A stretch of DNA of 64,000 nucleotides from the NCBI GenBank assembly GCA_963816355.1, contig CAWFKH010000003.1, positions 736,001 through 800,000 on the forward strand, given 5' to 3'. Positions 27,709 to 39,623 of this stretch are shown here, piece by piece (the first letter of the stretch is position 1; each line of letters opens with the position of its first letter). Under the pieces are notes generated by a model. The model was not told the origin of the DNA. It worked only from the letters and a program-made list of their open reading frames with translations, and did no database searches. This DNA is from an uncultured Gemmatimonadales bacterium. GTDB lineage: Bacteria > Gemmatimonadota > Gemmatimonadetes > Longimicrobiales > RSA9. A program made the position numbers and the translations under genes.

Positions 27709-28092
27709 ATGGATCTGCCCCGGCAGAAGATGTTTCGTCCGGGTATGGACGGGAGACTGCGGATGTTGGACGCCGCCGAGGCGCTGGTGGGGGAGGTGGA
27801 TCGTCGGGTGTCACGCGTCCGGTGGAAGGCGCCGAACGCGGCGGACCACCTCAGGCGCTCCGCCGAGTCCGTGCTCTTCAACACGGGCGAGGGCGCGGCG
27901 GCGTTCAGCCCGGGAACGAAGACTTCCTGCTATCGCGTGGCGCACCGTGAAGCAGGTGAGGTTCGCGCCGCGCTGCGGCGCCTGGTGGTCGGCAACCTGT
28001 TGTCACATCGAGAGAGCCAGCGCCCCTACGCCCTCGCCGGCGCCCTGATGCGCATGCTCGCCAGCGCGATCAACAGCGTCGAGTCCCGATGA
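27709..28092 (+). CDS. Four helix bundle protein (23S rRNA IVS protein / Avd-like fold)
   Basis: [18 protein letters not shown] resembles the family motif DQLRRAxxSIxx[16 protein letters not shown] second motif; 127 aa; start could be 27730 or 27745. Confidence 0.8.
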   Translation: MDLPRQKMFRPGMDGRLRMLDAAEALVGEVDRRVSRVRWKAPNAADHLRRSAESVLFNTGEGAAAFSPGTKTSCYRVAHREAGEVRAALRRLVVGNLLSHRESQRPYALAGALMRMLASAINSVESR

Positions 28093-28119
28093 TCCGCCAC
28101 CCCTCCCCTCGAAGTTGGT

Positions 28120-28275
28120 CCGCCGTTCCGTCCCGCCGTTCGGTCCCGCAGTTCCGTCCCGCCGTTCCGTCCCGCCGTTCGGTCCCGCCGTTCCGTCCCG
28201 CAGTTCCGTCCCGCCGTTCCGTCCCGCCGTTCCGTCCCGTAGTTCCGTCCCGCCCTCCAGTCCCGCCGTTCCGCC
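28120..28275 (+). repeat. 13-bp tandem repeat x12 (CCGCCGTTCCGTC)
   Basis: 12 consecutive units read directly, with CAG/TAG/CGG variants. Confidence 0.96.
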
Positions 28276-28304
28276 TTTACACCCGCCGCAGCCCCGGTTA
28301 GCTT
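28276..28304 (+). promoter_or_regulatory. Sigma-70 promoter of the pyr operon (TTTACA-N17-TAGCTT)
   Basis: Starts exactly where the repeat array ends, about 40 bp before pyrR. Confidence 0.6.
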
Positions 28305-28343
28305 CCCGCCCCGTCGACCCCCACCGCTCTCGAGCACCTCGTC

Positions 28344-28904
28344 ATGGCCGATCCGAACCGACAGCTTCTCATGGACGCGCGCGCGGTCGAGCGCACCGTC
28401 GCGCGCATGGCGCGCGAGCTGGTCGAGCGGAACGCGGGCGTCGATCGGCTGGTGCTCGTCGGCATCCAGCGCCGCGGCGTCCAGCTGGCGGAGATGATCG
28501 CGGCGGAGATCGAGCGCGCGGAGTCGCGTCGCCCTCCGGTCGGCTCGCTGGACATCACGCTCTACCGCGACGACCTGATGGCGATCGGGCCGCGGCCCGT
28601 CGTCGGCGAGACGCGGCTGCCCGAGGGCGGCGTCGACGAGCGCGTCGTGGTGATCGTGGACGACGTCGCCTACACCGGCCGCACCGCGCGCGCGGCGATG
28701 GACGAGCTGGCGGACTTCGGCCGGCCGGCGCGCATCATCCTGTGCGTGCTGATCGACCGCGGCGGCAGGGAGCTGCCGATCCAGCCGGACGTGGCGGGGC
28801 GCGTCCTGGAGGTGGGCGCGGGGCGGCGGGTCGAGGTGCTCGTGCCGGACTTCGACGGCCGCCTCGCCGTCGAGCTGGCCGACAACCCTCCGCAGGAGGC
28901 GTGA
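28344..28904 (+). CDS. pyrR: Pyrimidine operon regulator / UPRTase PyrR
   Basis: [37 protein letters not shown]. Confidence 0.95.
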   Translation: MADPNRQLLMDARAVERTVARMARELVERNAGVDRLVLVGIQRRGVQLAEMIAAEIERAESRRPPVGSLDITLYRDDLMAIGPRPVVGETRLPEGGVDERVVVIVDDVAYTGRTARAAMDELADFGRPARIILCVLIDRGGRELPIQPDVAGRVLEVGAGRRVEVLVPDFDGRLAVELADNPPQEA

Positions 28905-29872
28905 TGCCGGCCGCTTCTTCCCTGGGCAAGGACCTGGTCGGGCTCGAGCCGCTGTCGGCCGAGCAGATCCGGACGATCCTCGACACCGCCGAGCCGTTCA
29001 AGGAGATCAGCGAGCGCCAGATCAAGAAGGTGCCGGTGCTGCGCGGCAAGACGATCGTCAACCTCTTCTTCGAGCCGTCCACGCGCACGCGCGTCAGCTT
29101 CGAGTTCGCCGAGAAACGCCTCTCCGCCGACACCGTCAACATCGCGGCGAGCGGCTCGAGCGTCTCGAAGGGGGAGACGCTGGTCGACACGGCGCGCAAC
29201 CTCGAGGCGATGCGCATCGACATGGTGGTGATCCGCCACGGCGCCAGCGGCGCGGCGCGCTTCCTCGCCGAGCGGATCCGCTCCAACGTGGTCAACGCGG
29301 GCGACGGCCGCCACGAGCACCCGACGCAGGGACTGCTCGACATGCTGACGATCCGCGACCATGTCGGCGCGATCGAGGGCGTGCGCGTCTGCATCGTCGG
29401 CGACATCCTGCACTCGCGCGTGGCACGTTCCAACATCTGGGGCCTCACGAAGCTCGGCGCGGAAGTCGCCGTGTGCGGCCCGCGCACGCTTCTGCCACCG
29501 GCGATCGAGGAACTGGGCGTGCGCGTCTTCGCCCGCGTCGAGGAAGCGATCGCGTGGGCGCAGGTGCTCAACATCCTGCGCCTTCAGCTGGAACGGATGC
29601 AGGGCGGCTATGTGCCCACGCTGCGCGAGTACAACCGCATCTTCGGCGTGACGCGGGAGCGGCTCGACGCCGCGCCCGAGCCGCTCCTCATTCTGCACCC
29701 CGGCCCCATGAACCGCGGCGTCGAGATCGACAGCGACGTGGCCGACGGCGAGCATTCCGTGATCCTGCACCAGGTCACGAACGGCGTGGCCATCCGGATG
29801 GCCGTGCTCTACCTGCTCGCCGGCGGCTCGCCCGAGCGGGCCGAGGCGGCGAAGGGCGCGAGGGAGGCGTAG
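28904..29872 (+). CDS. pyrB: Aspartate carbamoyltransferase catalytic subunit
   Basis: [16 protein letters not shown]. Confidence 0.97.
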   Translation: MPAASSLGKDLVGLEPLSAEQIRTILDTAEPFKEISERQIKKVPVLRGKTIVNLFFEPSTRTRVSFEFAEKRLSADTVNIAASGSSVSKGETLVDTARNLEAMRIDMVVIRHGASGAARFLAERIRSNVVNAGDGRHEHPTQGLLDMLTIRDHVGAIEGVRVCIVGDILHSRVARSNIWGLTKLGAEVAVCGPRTLLPPAIEELGVRVFARVEEAIAWAQVLNILRLQLERMQGGYVPTLREYNRIFGVTRERLDAAPEPLLILHPGPMNRGVEIDSDVADGEHSVILHQVTNGVAIRMAVLYLLAGGSPERAEAAKGAREA

Positions 29873-29873
29873 C

Positions 29874-31238
29874 GTGGCCGACGGCATCGGGCGGCGGTGG
29901 ACGCCGGGGGGCGAGGCGGCCGCGCGCGCGGAAGACGGACGGCGCGCCATCGCCGCGCGGCCGCTGCTGCTGCGCGGCGGGCGCGTGATCGACCCGAGCC
30001 AGGGGATCGACGAGGTGCGCGACGTGCTGCTCGTCGACGGCGCCGTCGCCGAGGTCGCGGCGCGCGTCGAGGCGCCCGCGGACGCCGAAGTGCGCGACGT
30101 CGCCGGACAGGTCGTCTGCCCCGGTTTGATCGACCTGCACGCCCACCTGCGCGAGCCGGGCGGCGAGCACAAGGAGACGATCCGCACCGGCGCGCGGGCG
30201 GCGGCGGCGGGCGGCTTCACGGCGGTGTGCGCGATGCCGAACACGGACCCGCCGATCGACGACCCCGCGGCGGTCGGCTTCGTTCGCGCCGAAGGGCTGC
30301 GCGCGGGCGGCGCCCGGGTCTACCCGACCGGCGCGGTCTCGGTGGGCCAGAAGGGGGAGCGGCTGACGGAGATCGGCGAGATGGTCGAGGCCGGCGCCGT
30401 CGCCATCACGGACGACGGGCTGCCGGTGTCGGACGCGGGGCTGATGCGCCTCGCGCTCGAGTACACGCAGGCGTTCGGCATCCCGGTCGCGAGCCACTGC
30501 GAGGAGCGCGGCCTCTCGCGCGGCGGCTCGATGAACGAGGGCGTCGTATCGACGCGCCTCGGCCTGATCGGAATCCCGAACGCGGCCGAGGACGTGATGA
30601 TCGCGCGCGACCTGCTGATCGCCGAGCTGACCGGAGGCCGCCTCCACATCCAGCACGTCTCCACCCGGCAGGGCGTGGACCTGATCCGCGCGGCGAAGGC
30701 GCGCGGCGTGCGCGTGAGCGCGGAAGCGACGCCGCACCACTTCACGCTCACCGACGAGGCGGTGGACGGCTACCGCACCGAGGCGAAGGTGAATCCGCCG
30801 CTGCGCGCGGCCGCGGACCGAGAGGCGGTGCGCGCCGGCGTCGCCGACGGCACGCTGGACGTGATTGCGACCGACCACGCGCCGCACCATTACGACGAGA
30901 AGGAGCAGGCCTTCGACGAGGCGCCGTTCGGCCTCGTGGGCCTCGAGACCGCGCTCGGCCTCGCCCTCGCGGAGCTGGTGGCGAGAGGGTTGATCGACCT
31001 GCCCACGCTCGTCGAGCGGATGAGCTGCGGCCCCGCGCGCGCGTTTTCGCTTCCCGGCGGCACGCTGCGCCGCGGCGCCCCCGCGGACGTCACCGTCTTC
31101 GACCCGGCGCTGGAGTGGACGGTCGAGCCGCGCGCCTTCCTCTCCAAGAGCCGCAACACGCCGTTCGCCGGCCGCACCCTCGTCGGCCGCGCCACGCTGA
31201 CGCTCGTCGGCGGGCGCGTCGCCTTCGCGCTGCCATGA
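29874..31238 (+). CDS. pyrC: Dihydroorotase
   Basis: DLHAHLREPG, MPNT, KVNPPLR, TDHAPH. Confidence 0.95.
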   Translation: MADGIGRRWTPGGEAAARAEDGRRAIAARPLLLRGGRVIDPSQGIDEVRDVLLVDGAVAEVAARVEAPADAEVRDVAGQVVCPGLIDLHAHLREPGGEHKETIRTGARAAAAGGFTAVCAMPNTDPPIDDPAAVGFVRAEGLRAGGARVYPTGAVSVGQKGERLTEIGEMVEAGAVAITDDGLPVSDAGLMRLALEYTQAFGIPVASHCEERGLSRGGSMNEGVVSTRLGLIGIPNAAEDVMIARDLLIAELTGGRLHIQHVSTRQGVDLIRAAKARGVRVSAEATPHHFTLTDEAVDGYRTEAKVNPPLRAAADREAVRAGVADGTLDVIATDHAPHHYDEKEQAFDEAPFGLVGLETALGLALAELVARGLIDLPTLVERMSCGPARAFSLPGGTLRRGAPADVTVFDPALEWTVEPRAFLSKSRNTPFAGRTLVGRATLTLVGGRVAFALP

Positions 31239-32311
31239 GCGACGCCGCGAGGACCGCTCGCGAGTGGATCGGCGCGGGCGCCTTCCCCTGGCCGTCCGTC
31301 CACGACGTCGAGGAGGGCCAGCTGCTCGTCGGCTGCTACTGCGTCGCCAGCGCGCAGCTCGGCACCACGCGCCACGACAAGCCGTTCCTCCGCCTGCAAC
31401 TCAGCGACCTCCACGGCACCGTCGAAGCGCGCGTGTGGGACGACGTCGACGCCGCCGAGCCCGCCGCCCGCGCCGGCGCCTTCGTCGGCGTCCGCGCCCG
31501 CGTCGAGGTGTTCCGCGACACGCGACAGCTCAAGATCGAGGCGATCGCGCCGCTCCGCCTCGCCGAGGACGAGCTCGAGCTGTTCCTGCCGCGCTCGCCG
31601 CGGGACTCGAAGGAGATGGAGGCGGAGCTCGCCGCGCGCATCCGCTCCATCGCGGACCCCGGCCTGCGCGCCGTCGTCGAGCGGCTCATCGGCGCCGGGG
31701 GCGAGCACGCCCGCGCCTTCCGCCTCGCGCCCGCAGCGAAGCACAACCACCATGCGTACGTCGGCGGCCTGCTCGAGCACACCCTCTCCCTCACCGGTGT
31801 CGCCGACCGCCTCGCCCAGCACTACGGCGCCGACGTCGACCGCGACCTGCTCCTCGCCGGCGCGCTCCTCCACGACATCGGCAAGACGCGTGAGATCGCC
31901 CTCGAGCCCGGCTTCCAGTACACGACCGACGGCAAGCTCCTCGGCCACATCCTGATCGGCCTCGACATGGTGCGCGCCGCCGCCGCGAAGGTGCCGTCCC
32001 TGCGGCCGGAGCGGCTCCGCCTCCTCCTGCACCTCGTCGCCAGCCACCAGGGCCGCTACGAGTGGCAGAGCCCGCGCGAGCCGCTCGTCCTCGAGGCGAT
32101 CCTGCTCCACTACGCCGACGACATGGACGCCAAGATGCAGCAGGCCATGCGCCTGCTCGATCGCGTCGAGGAAGGATGGACACCCTACGACCGCTCCTTC
32201 GGCCGCGAGCTGCTGCGCCACCTGCCGCCGGGCGCGCCGAGCGAGGAGGAGAAGGCCGCCGAGGCGGCCCGCCGCGACCGTTTCACGATCGACATGTTCG
32301 AGGAGGAGTAG
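31235..32311 (+). CDS. yhaM: OB-fold + HD domain 3'-5' exoribonuclease (YhaM family)
   Basis: N-terminal OB fold, PAAKHNHHAYVGGLLEH, LLHDIGK, GHI, ASHQG, HYADDMDAK. Confidence 0.85.
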   Translation: MSDAARTAREWIGAGAFPWPSVHDVEEGQLLVGCYCVASAQLGTTRHDKPFLRLQLSDLHGTVEARVWDDVDAAEPAARAGAFVGVRARVEVFRDTRQLKIEAIAPLRLAEDELELFLPRSPRDSKEMEAELAARIRSIADPGLRAVVERLIGAGGEHARAFRLAPAAKHNHHAYVGGLLEHTLSLTGVADRLAQHYGADVDRDLLLAGALLHDIGKTREIALEPGFQYTTDGKLLGHILIGLDMVRAAAAKVPSLRPERLRLLLHLVASHQGRYEWQSPREPLVLEAILLHYADDMDAKMQQAMRLLDRVEEGWTPYDRSFGRELLRHLPPGAPSEEEKAAEAARRDRFTIDMFEEE

Positions 32312-32319
32312 GGAAGCGA

Positions 32320-32349
32320 AAGGGGCGCCGCCGTGTGGCGCCGCCCCTT
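32320..32349. terminator. Hairpin between convergent yhaM and rpsT, possibly a bidirectional terminator
   Basis: AAGGGGCG...CGCCCCTT stem. Confidence 0.5.
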
Positions 32350-32413
32350 CCCGATCTCGCGGAGGCCGTCGGACCGCTCGCAGCCCGTCCGCCCCCGCCC
32401 GCGGACGGGTCCG

Positions 32414-32677
32414 CTACGGCGTGCCGCCGAGCTCGATCACCTTGCGCGCGAGCTGCGACTTCTTGCGCCGCGCCTTGTTCGGATGGATCAGCCGGCGCGT
32501 CGCGAAGCGGTCCAGCATCGCCGCACTCTCGCGGTACGCCTCGAGCGCCGTCTCGGCCGAGTCCGCCGTCATCACCCTCTTCAGCGACGTCTTCAGCCGC
32601 GACCGCTGCGTGCGGTTCTGCTGGCGACGCCGCTCCTGCTGCCGCATCCGCTTCTCGGCGCTCTTCGTATTCGGCAA
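32414..32677 (-). CDS. rpsT: 30S ribosomal protein S20
   Basis: PNTKSAEKR, IHPNKARRKKSQL; TTG start with GGAGG SD. Confidence 0.95.
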   Translation of the reverse strand: MPNTKSAEKRMRQQERRRQQNRTQRSRLKTSLKRVMTADSAETALEAYRESAAMLDRFATRRLIHPNKARRKKSQLARKVIELGGTP

Positions 32678-32713
32678 CGTGCCTCCGTGGTAGAATCCCG
32701 AACGTAATCATGA

Positions 32714-32742
32714 AGGCTACGCACGGGACTGTCTCCTGTCAA
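32714..32742 (-). promoter_or_regulatory. Sigma-70 promoter of rpsT (TTGACA-N17-TAGCCT)
   Basis: Consensus -35 with 17-bp spacer. Confidence 0.75.
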
Positions 32743-32849
32743 CGGGGCGAAACGTCGGTTCCGCGGGGGTGGCGTCCGCTTCCCGCGGCGCATTACCTTT
32801 TCGCCGCCATGCACGAGACGATTCCGCGCTCCGCGGCCGCGCCGCCGCC

Positions 32850-33644
32850 ATGCCAGCCGTGACCCGCTCCGTCGCGACGCCGGAGGCGGCCTTCGACGAC
32901 GTCGGCTTCGTCGTCGAGCTGGAGCGCTTCCAGGGGCCGCTCGACCTGCTGCTGCACCTGATCCGCTCGCAGGACATCGACATCTTCGACATCCCGATCT
33001 CGCAGATCACGTCGCAGTTCCTGGCGGCGATCGCGGGCCTGGATGTGCTGGGTCTGGACCGGGCGGGCGATTTCCTCGAGACCGCGGCGATGCTGGTCCG
33101 GATCAAGGCGCAGATGCTGCTTCCGGGTCGCTCGGGCGGCGCAGCGGAAGGCGAGGACCCGCGCACCGAGCTGGTGCGTCGCCTGCTCGAGTACGAGCAC
33201 TTCCGCGAGCTGGCGCGGCGGCTCTCCGACTCGGAGGGCGACCGCTCCCGGCACTACGCCCGCGGGTACGTGCCGCCGCGTGTGGAGCGGGACGACGCGG
33301 CGGAGCAGCCGCTCGAGCTGGAGTGGGCGGACCTGTGGGAGGCGGCGCTTTCCCTGCAGGACCGGGCGCGGCCGACGCTGGAGCATCGCGTCGTGCGGCG
33401 GCCGGTCACCCTGGACGAGAAGGTCGGCCTCATCCTGAGCGCCCTCGCCAAGACGACGCGCGTCGAATTCTCCCGCCTCGTCGAGCCGTTCCACGATCGG
33501 CTGCACACCGCCGTGACACTGCTGGCGGGGCTCGAGCTGTCGAAGCGCCACGAGCTCTCGCTCCGCCAGCGCGAGCCGTTCGCGCCCCTCTGGCTCTACC
33601 GACGCAGGAGCAGGACGACGCATGCGGACGACGCAGATCATTGA
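32850..33644 (+). CDS. scpA: Segregation/condensation protein A
   Basis: FQGPLDLLLHLI, DIPISQIT, EDPRTELVRRLLEY. Confidence 0.93.
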   Translation: MPAVTRSVATPEAAFDDVGFVVELERFQGPLDLLLHLIRSQDIDIFDIPISQITSQFLAAIAGLDVLGLDRAGDFLETAAMLVRIKAQMLLPGRSGGAAEGEDPRTELVRRLLEYEHFRELARRLSDSEGDRSRHYARGYVPPRVERDDAAEQPLELEWADLWEAALSLQDRARPTLEHRVVRRPVTLDEKVGLILSALAKTTRVEFSRLVEPFHDRLHTAVTLLAGLELSKRHELSLRQREPFAPLWLYRRRSRTTHADDADH

Positions 33645-34194
33645 GGCCCTGCTGTTCGCGAGCGACGCGCCGCTCGGCGCGGCGGAGCTCGCGGCCATCG
33701 ACGAGGACCTGGACGAGGACCGCGTCGTCGCGGCGATCGAGGAGCTGCGCCTCCACTACGACGAGGCGGACCGCGCCTTCCAGGTCTACGAGGTCGGCGG
33801 CGGTTTTCAGCTGCTGACGCGGCCGGAGTACGCGCCGCACCTGGAGCGCTTCGAGACGATTCCGCAGCCCAACCGTCTGTCGGTGCCCGCCCTCGAGGTC
33901 CTCGCTATCGTCGCCTACCGGCAGCCGATCGGCCGCATCGAGATCGAGGAGATCCGCGGCGTCGGATCGTCGGCGGTCCTGCGCACGCTCCAGGATCGCG
34001 CTCTGGTCGAGGTCGTCGCCCGCGGCGAAGGCCTGGGCCGGCCGCTGCTCTATGGCGTGACGCGGCATTTCCTGGAGCACTTCGGCTTCCGCTCCGCCGA
34101 GGACCTGCCGCGGCCGGAGGAGCTTCCGGTCGTCCTCGCCGCGCGTGCCGCCGCGGCGCAGGATGGGTCCGCCGCGGAGCCCGACGAGGCGTGA
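33622..34194 (+). CDS. scpB: SMC-Scp complex subunit ScpB
   Basis: IEALLFAS, LEVLAIVAYRQP, IRGV, GRPLLY. Confidence 0.94.
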   Translation: MRTTQIIEALLFASDAPLGAAELAAIDEDLDEDRVVAAIEELRLHYDEADRAFQVYEVGGGFQLLTRPEYAPHLERFETIPQPNRLSVPALEVLAIVAYRQPIGRIEIEEIRGVGSSAVLRTLQDRALVEVVARGEGLGRPLLYGVTRHFLEHFGFRSAEDLPRPEELPVVLAARAAAAQDGSAAEPDEA

Positions 34195-34198
34195 GCGG

Positions 34199-34930
34199 GT
34201 GGCTGAACCGGTGCGGCTGCAGAAGTTCCTCTCGCGCGCCGAGGTGGCGTCGCGGCGGCGGGCGGAGGTGATGATCGCGGCGGGTCGCGTGCGCGTGAAC
34301 GGCCGCGTCGTCACGGAGATGGGGGTTCAGGTCGACCCGGAACGCGACCGCGTGGAGGTGGACGGCGCCGTCGTGGCACCGCGCGCGGCGCTGTGGATCG
34401 CGCTGCACAAGCCGCGCGGCTGCGTGACGACGCGGGACGATCCACGCGGCCGGCGCACCGTCTACGACCTTCTGCCGCCGGACCTGCGCGGCCTTTTCCA
34501 CGTCGGCCGCCTCGATTACGGCACGGAGGGGCTGCTGCTGCTCACCAACGAGGGCGTGCTGGCGCACCGGCTGCTGCACCCGCGCTACGGCGTGGAGCGC
34601 GTCTACGAGGTGGTGGCGGAGGGCGACGTCGCCCCGGCCACGCTCGCTCGCCTGCGCGGCGGCGTGGCGCTGGGCGACGGCGTGGCGCGCGCGGAGGCCG
34701 TCGAGCGGCTCCGTTTCGGCCGGCCGGGCCGGACGCGCTTGAAGCTGACGATGCGGGAGGGCCGCAAGCGCGAGGTGCGGCGGCTGATGAAGGCGGTGGG
34801 TCACCCGGTGCGGCGGCTGGTGCGTCGTCGCTACGGCCCGATCCGACTCGGCGCGCTGGAGAGCGGCGCGTGGCGCAGACTCGAGCCGCGCGAGGTCGCG
34901 GCCCTGGAGCGGGAGAGCGAATGGACATAG
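34199..34930 (+). CDS. rluB: rRNA pseudouridine synthase (RluB/RsuA family)
   Basis: S4 domain RLQKFLS..ASRR; HKPRG, VGRLDYGTEGLLLLTN, EGRKREVRR. Confidence 0.9.
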   Translation: MAEPVRLQKFLSRAEVASRRRAEVMIAAGRVRVNGRVVTEMGVQVDPERDRVEVDGAVVAPRAALWIALHKPRGCVTTRDDPRGRRTVYDLLPPDLRGLFHVGRLDYGTEGLLLLTNEGVLAHRLLHPRYGVERVYEVVAEGDVAPATLARLRGGVALGDGVARAEAVERLRFGRPGRTRLKLTMREGRKREVRRLMKAVGHPVRRLVRRRYGPIRLGALESGAWRRLEPREVAALERESEWT

Positions 34931-36579
34931 AGGGACGCACGGTCCTGATCCTCGGCGGCGCCGGCCTCGTCGGCATGGCGGTGTCGCGGCGGATCCTGGA
35001 GCACCGCCCGGCCGCGCTCGTCGTCACCTCCCTCACGCGCGCGGAGGCGGAGGCGGCGGCGGCCTCTCTCGAGGCGGAGGGGCTCACCGACGGCGTCGCG
35101 GTGCGCGCGGCGTGGGGTGACGTCTTCATCCCCGACGCGCTCAAGGAGCGTGCGCGCCGGGACCTCCTGGAGGATGCGGCCGCGCGCGGCGCGCTGCTGG
35201 ACGATCTCTACGGCGAGCTGACGCCGGACCTCGTCGCGCGCTCGGCGCTCGGCGCGATCGTCGCCGAGCACGCGCCGGCGATCGTCGTCGACTGCATCAA
35301 CACCGCCACTGCGTTCGCCTACCAGAACGTGTACGACAGCGCGCGGCGGCTGCGCGCGGAGGCGGCGGGCGGCGCGGTCGAGCGCGAGGCGATCGAGCGC
35401 CACCTGACGACGCTCTACCTGCCGCAGTTGATCCGCCACATCCAGATCCTGCTCGAGGCGCTGCGCGGCGCCGGCACGCAGCTCTACCTGAAGGTGGGCA
35501 CCGCGGGCACCGGCGGCATGGGGCTCAACATCCCGTTCACGCACTCGGAGGAGCGGCCGAGCCGCATGCTGCTCTCCAAGTCGGGCCTCGCGGGCGCGCA
35601 GACGCTGCTGCTCTTCCTCATGGCGCGCACACCGGGCGCTCCCGTGGTGAAGGAGATCAAGCCGACCGCGGCGATCAGCTGGAAGCGCATCGGCTTCGGC
35701 GAGATCCGCCGCGGCGGCCGTCCCCTCGAGCGCTGGGATGCGACGCGCCCGCTGCCGCTCGCGGAGGCGTTCTCCGCCGACGTCGCCTCCGCCTGCCGCC
35801 CCGCCGGAGGCACCCTGGAGGGCGTCTATCTCGACGCCGGCGAGAACGGCCTCTTCAGCCTGCCGGAGTTCGAGGTGCTCACGTCGCTCGGGCTGATGGA
35901 GTACATCACGCCGGAGGAGATCGCCGACAACGTGCTGCGCGAGATCCGCGGACAGCCGACCGGCCGCGACGTCGTCGCCGCGCTCGACGCCTCGACGTCC
36001 GGGCCCACGTACCGGGCCGGGGTGCTGCGACAGGTCGCGATCGAGCAGCTCGAGGCGCTCGAGAAGGAGCACGCCTCCCACCCCGTCGCCTACGAGATGC
36101 TGGGGCCGCCGCGCCTCTCGAAGCTCCTCTTCGAGGCGGCGATCCTGGAGCGCCTGTTCGAGGACCTCGCCGCCGCCGCCGCCCTCGACCCCGATGCCAC
36201 CGCGCTCGCCGCGGACGCGCTGCTGCGCGACGACCACGAGCTGCGCGTCCGCATCCTCTCGATCGGCCTCGCCATCCTGCTGCCGGGCGGCCGCGAGCTG
36301 CTGCGCGGCCCGGTCGTGAAGGTCGCGCCGGAACCCGCTCAGCGCGCGGACGATCCGAGACTCGCCGAGAACGGCTGGGTCGACCTGCGTCCTGCCAACT
36401 GGTCGCACTGGGCCCGGCGGCTGCAGGCGATGCTGCAGGAGCAGCGCACGGGGCCCGGCCCGGAGGAGGGCTCGCGCGCCGATTCGGAGGCGGCGCCGCG
36501 CCGCCTGCGCCTGCGCCCCGGCCGCCTCGCGGCGTGGGTCTTCCGCACCGAGGACCACGGGGAGCGGCTGAAGCGCTGA
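34921..36579 (+). CDS. Uncharacterised NAD(P)-binding Rossmann-fold protein (552 aa)
   Basis: N-terminal LILGGAGLVG; VDCINTAT and KVGTAGTGGMG motifs; overlaps the rluB stop. Confidence 0.8.
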   Translation: MDIEGRTVLILGGAGLVGMAVSRRILEHRPAALVVTSLTRAEAEAAAASLEAEGLTDGVAVRAAWGDVFIPDALKERARRDLLEDAAARGALLDDLYGELTPDLVARSALGAIVAEHAPAIVVDCINTATAFAYQNVYDSARRLRAEAAGGAVEREAIERHLTTLYLPQLIRHIQILLEALRGAGTQLYLKVGTAGTGGMGLNIPFTHSEERPSRMLLSKSGLAGAQTLLLFLMARTPGAPVVKEIKPTAAISWKRIGFGEIRRGGRPLERWDATRPLPLAEAFSADVASACRPAGGTLEGVYLDAGENGLFSLPEFEVLTSLGLMEYITPEEIADNVLREIRGQPTGRDVVAALDASTSGPTYRAGVLRQVAIEQLEALEKEHASHPVAYEMLGPPRLSKLLFEAAILERLFEDLAAAAALDPDATALAADALLRDDHELRVRILSIGLAILLPGGRELLRGPVVKVAPEPAQRADDPRLAENGWVDLRPANWSHWARRLQAMLQEQRTGPGPEEGSRADSEAAPRRLRLRPGRLAAWVFRTEDHGERLKR

Positions 36580-36751
36580 GGCCCGACGTCGCGTCGCCGC
36601 CGCCGGTCGCGATCGCGCCCGTCGCGCCCGCAACGCGGCTCGCCGCCCTTCCGCAGCCGCCGGATCGCGGCCGCGAGCGCGGATCCTGCGGCGGCCTTTG
36701 CGCGTAGCACGCAGCGGGAGCGCCCACATCACGCACACGGCAGGGGGGTCA

Positions 36752-38699
<1,948 letters not shown>

Positions 38700-38703
<4 letters not shown>

Positions 38704-39623
38704 GCCGCGCCGCGCTGGCCCTCGCGTTCCTCCTCGCGGCCGCAGCCGCCCCGCTCGCGGCGCAGCGGGTGGGCACCGCGGTGGCGCCGGACACTCTCAC
38801 CGTGGGCGACGTCTTCCACGCGGCCGTGCGCGTCGAGCTGCCTCCCGGCTACCGCGCCGCCTTTCCCGATTCGCTCGACGTGAGGGGCGATGTCGAAAAC
38901 GCGGCCCGTCGCGAGGTCGTCGAGGACACGGCCGGCGGCCGCCACGTGGTGACGGCGATCTACCCCCTCACCACGTGGCGGCCCGGAGCGGTCGGACTGC
39001 CCGGCGTGCCCGTGCGGATCGTCGGGCCGGACGTGGACACGACGATCACGGCCGCTTTCGATTCGCTGCGCGTCGCCTCCGTCCTGCCGCCGGACACGGC
39101 CGGCATCCAGCCGAAGCCGGCGAAGGGTGTGGTCGGCGGCTTCGGTTTTCCGTGGCTGTGGCTCCTGCTCGCCCTCCTCGCCGTCGGCCTGCTCGCCGCG
39201 CTCGCCTACTGGCTGATGCGCCGACGCCGGCGCGCGCCCGCGGCGCCGGTCCTCACGCCGCTCACCGCCCGCCAGCGCGCTCTCGCGCGCCTGGAGCGGC
39301 TGCGCGAGGAGCGCCTCTTCGAGCGCGAGGGCGCCGGCGCCCTCTACACCGCCGCGGCCGGCGTGCTGCGCCGCTATCTGCACGAGCTGCACCCGCCCTT
39401 CGGTGCCGAGTACACGACGCGCGAGATTGGCGCACTGATGCGGCGCTCCGTGGGCGCCGGCGAAGCCGCGGAGCTGGTGCGCCTGCTGGAGGCCGCGGAC
39501 CTCGTGAAGTTCGCGCGGCGGGCGCCCACCGCGGCCGAGGCGTACGCCGAGCTGGACGCGATGAAGGCGTGGGTGCACGCCTATCCGCCGGCGCCCCTTC
39601 CCGAGACGGAGCGCGCGGCATGA
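38700..39623 (+). CDS. Bat-operon membrane-anchored hypothetical protein
   Basis: Signal peptide, Ig-like region, one TM helix, ADLVKFA motif. Confidence 0.8.

Noticed and set aside
27709..28092. Diversity-generating retroelement (Avd-like gene)
   Set aside because: No reverse transcriptase and no TR/VR pair with adenine-specific differences in the window
28120..28275. CRISPR, or the repeat-encoded ORFs 28026-28337 and 28089-28301
   Set aside because: Contiguous 13-mers with no spacers; the ORFs are translations of the repeat
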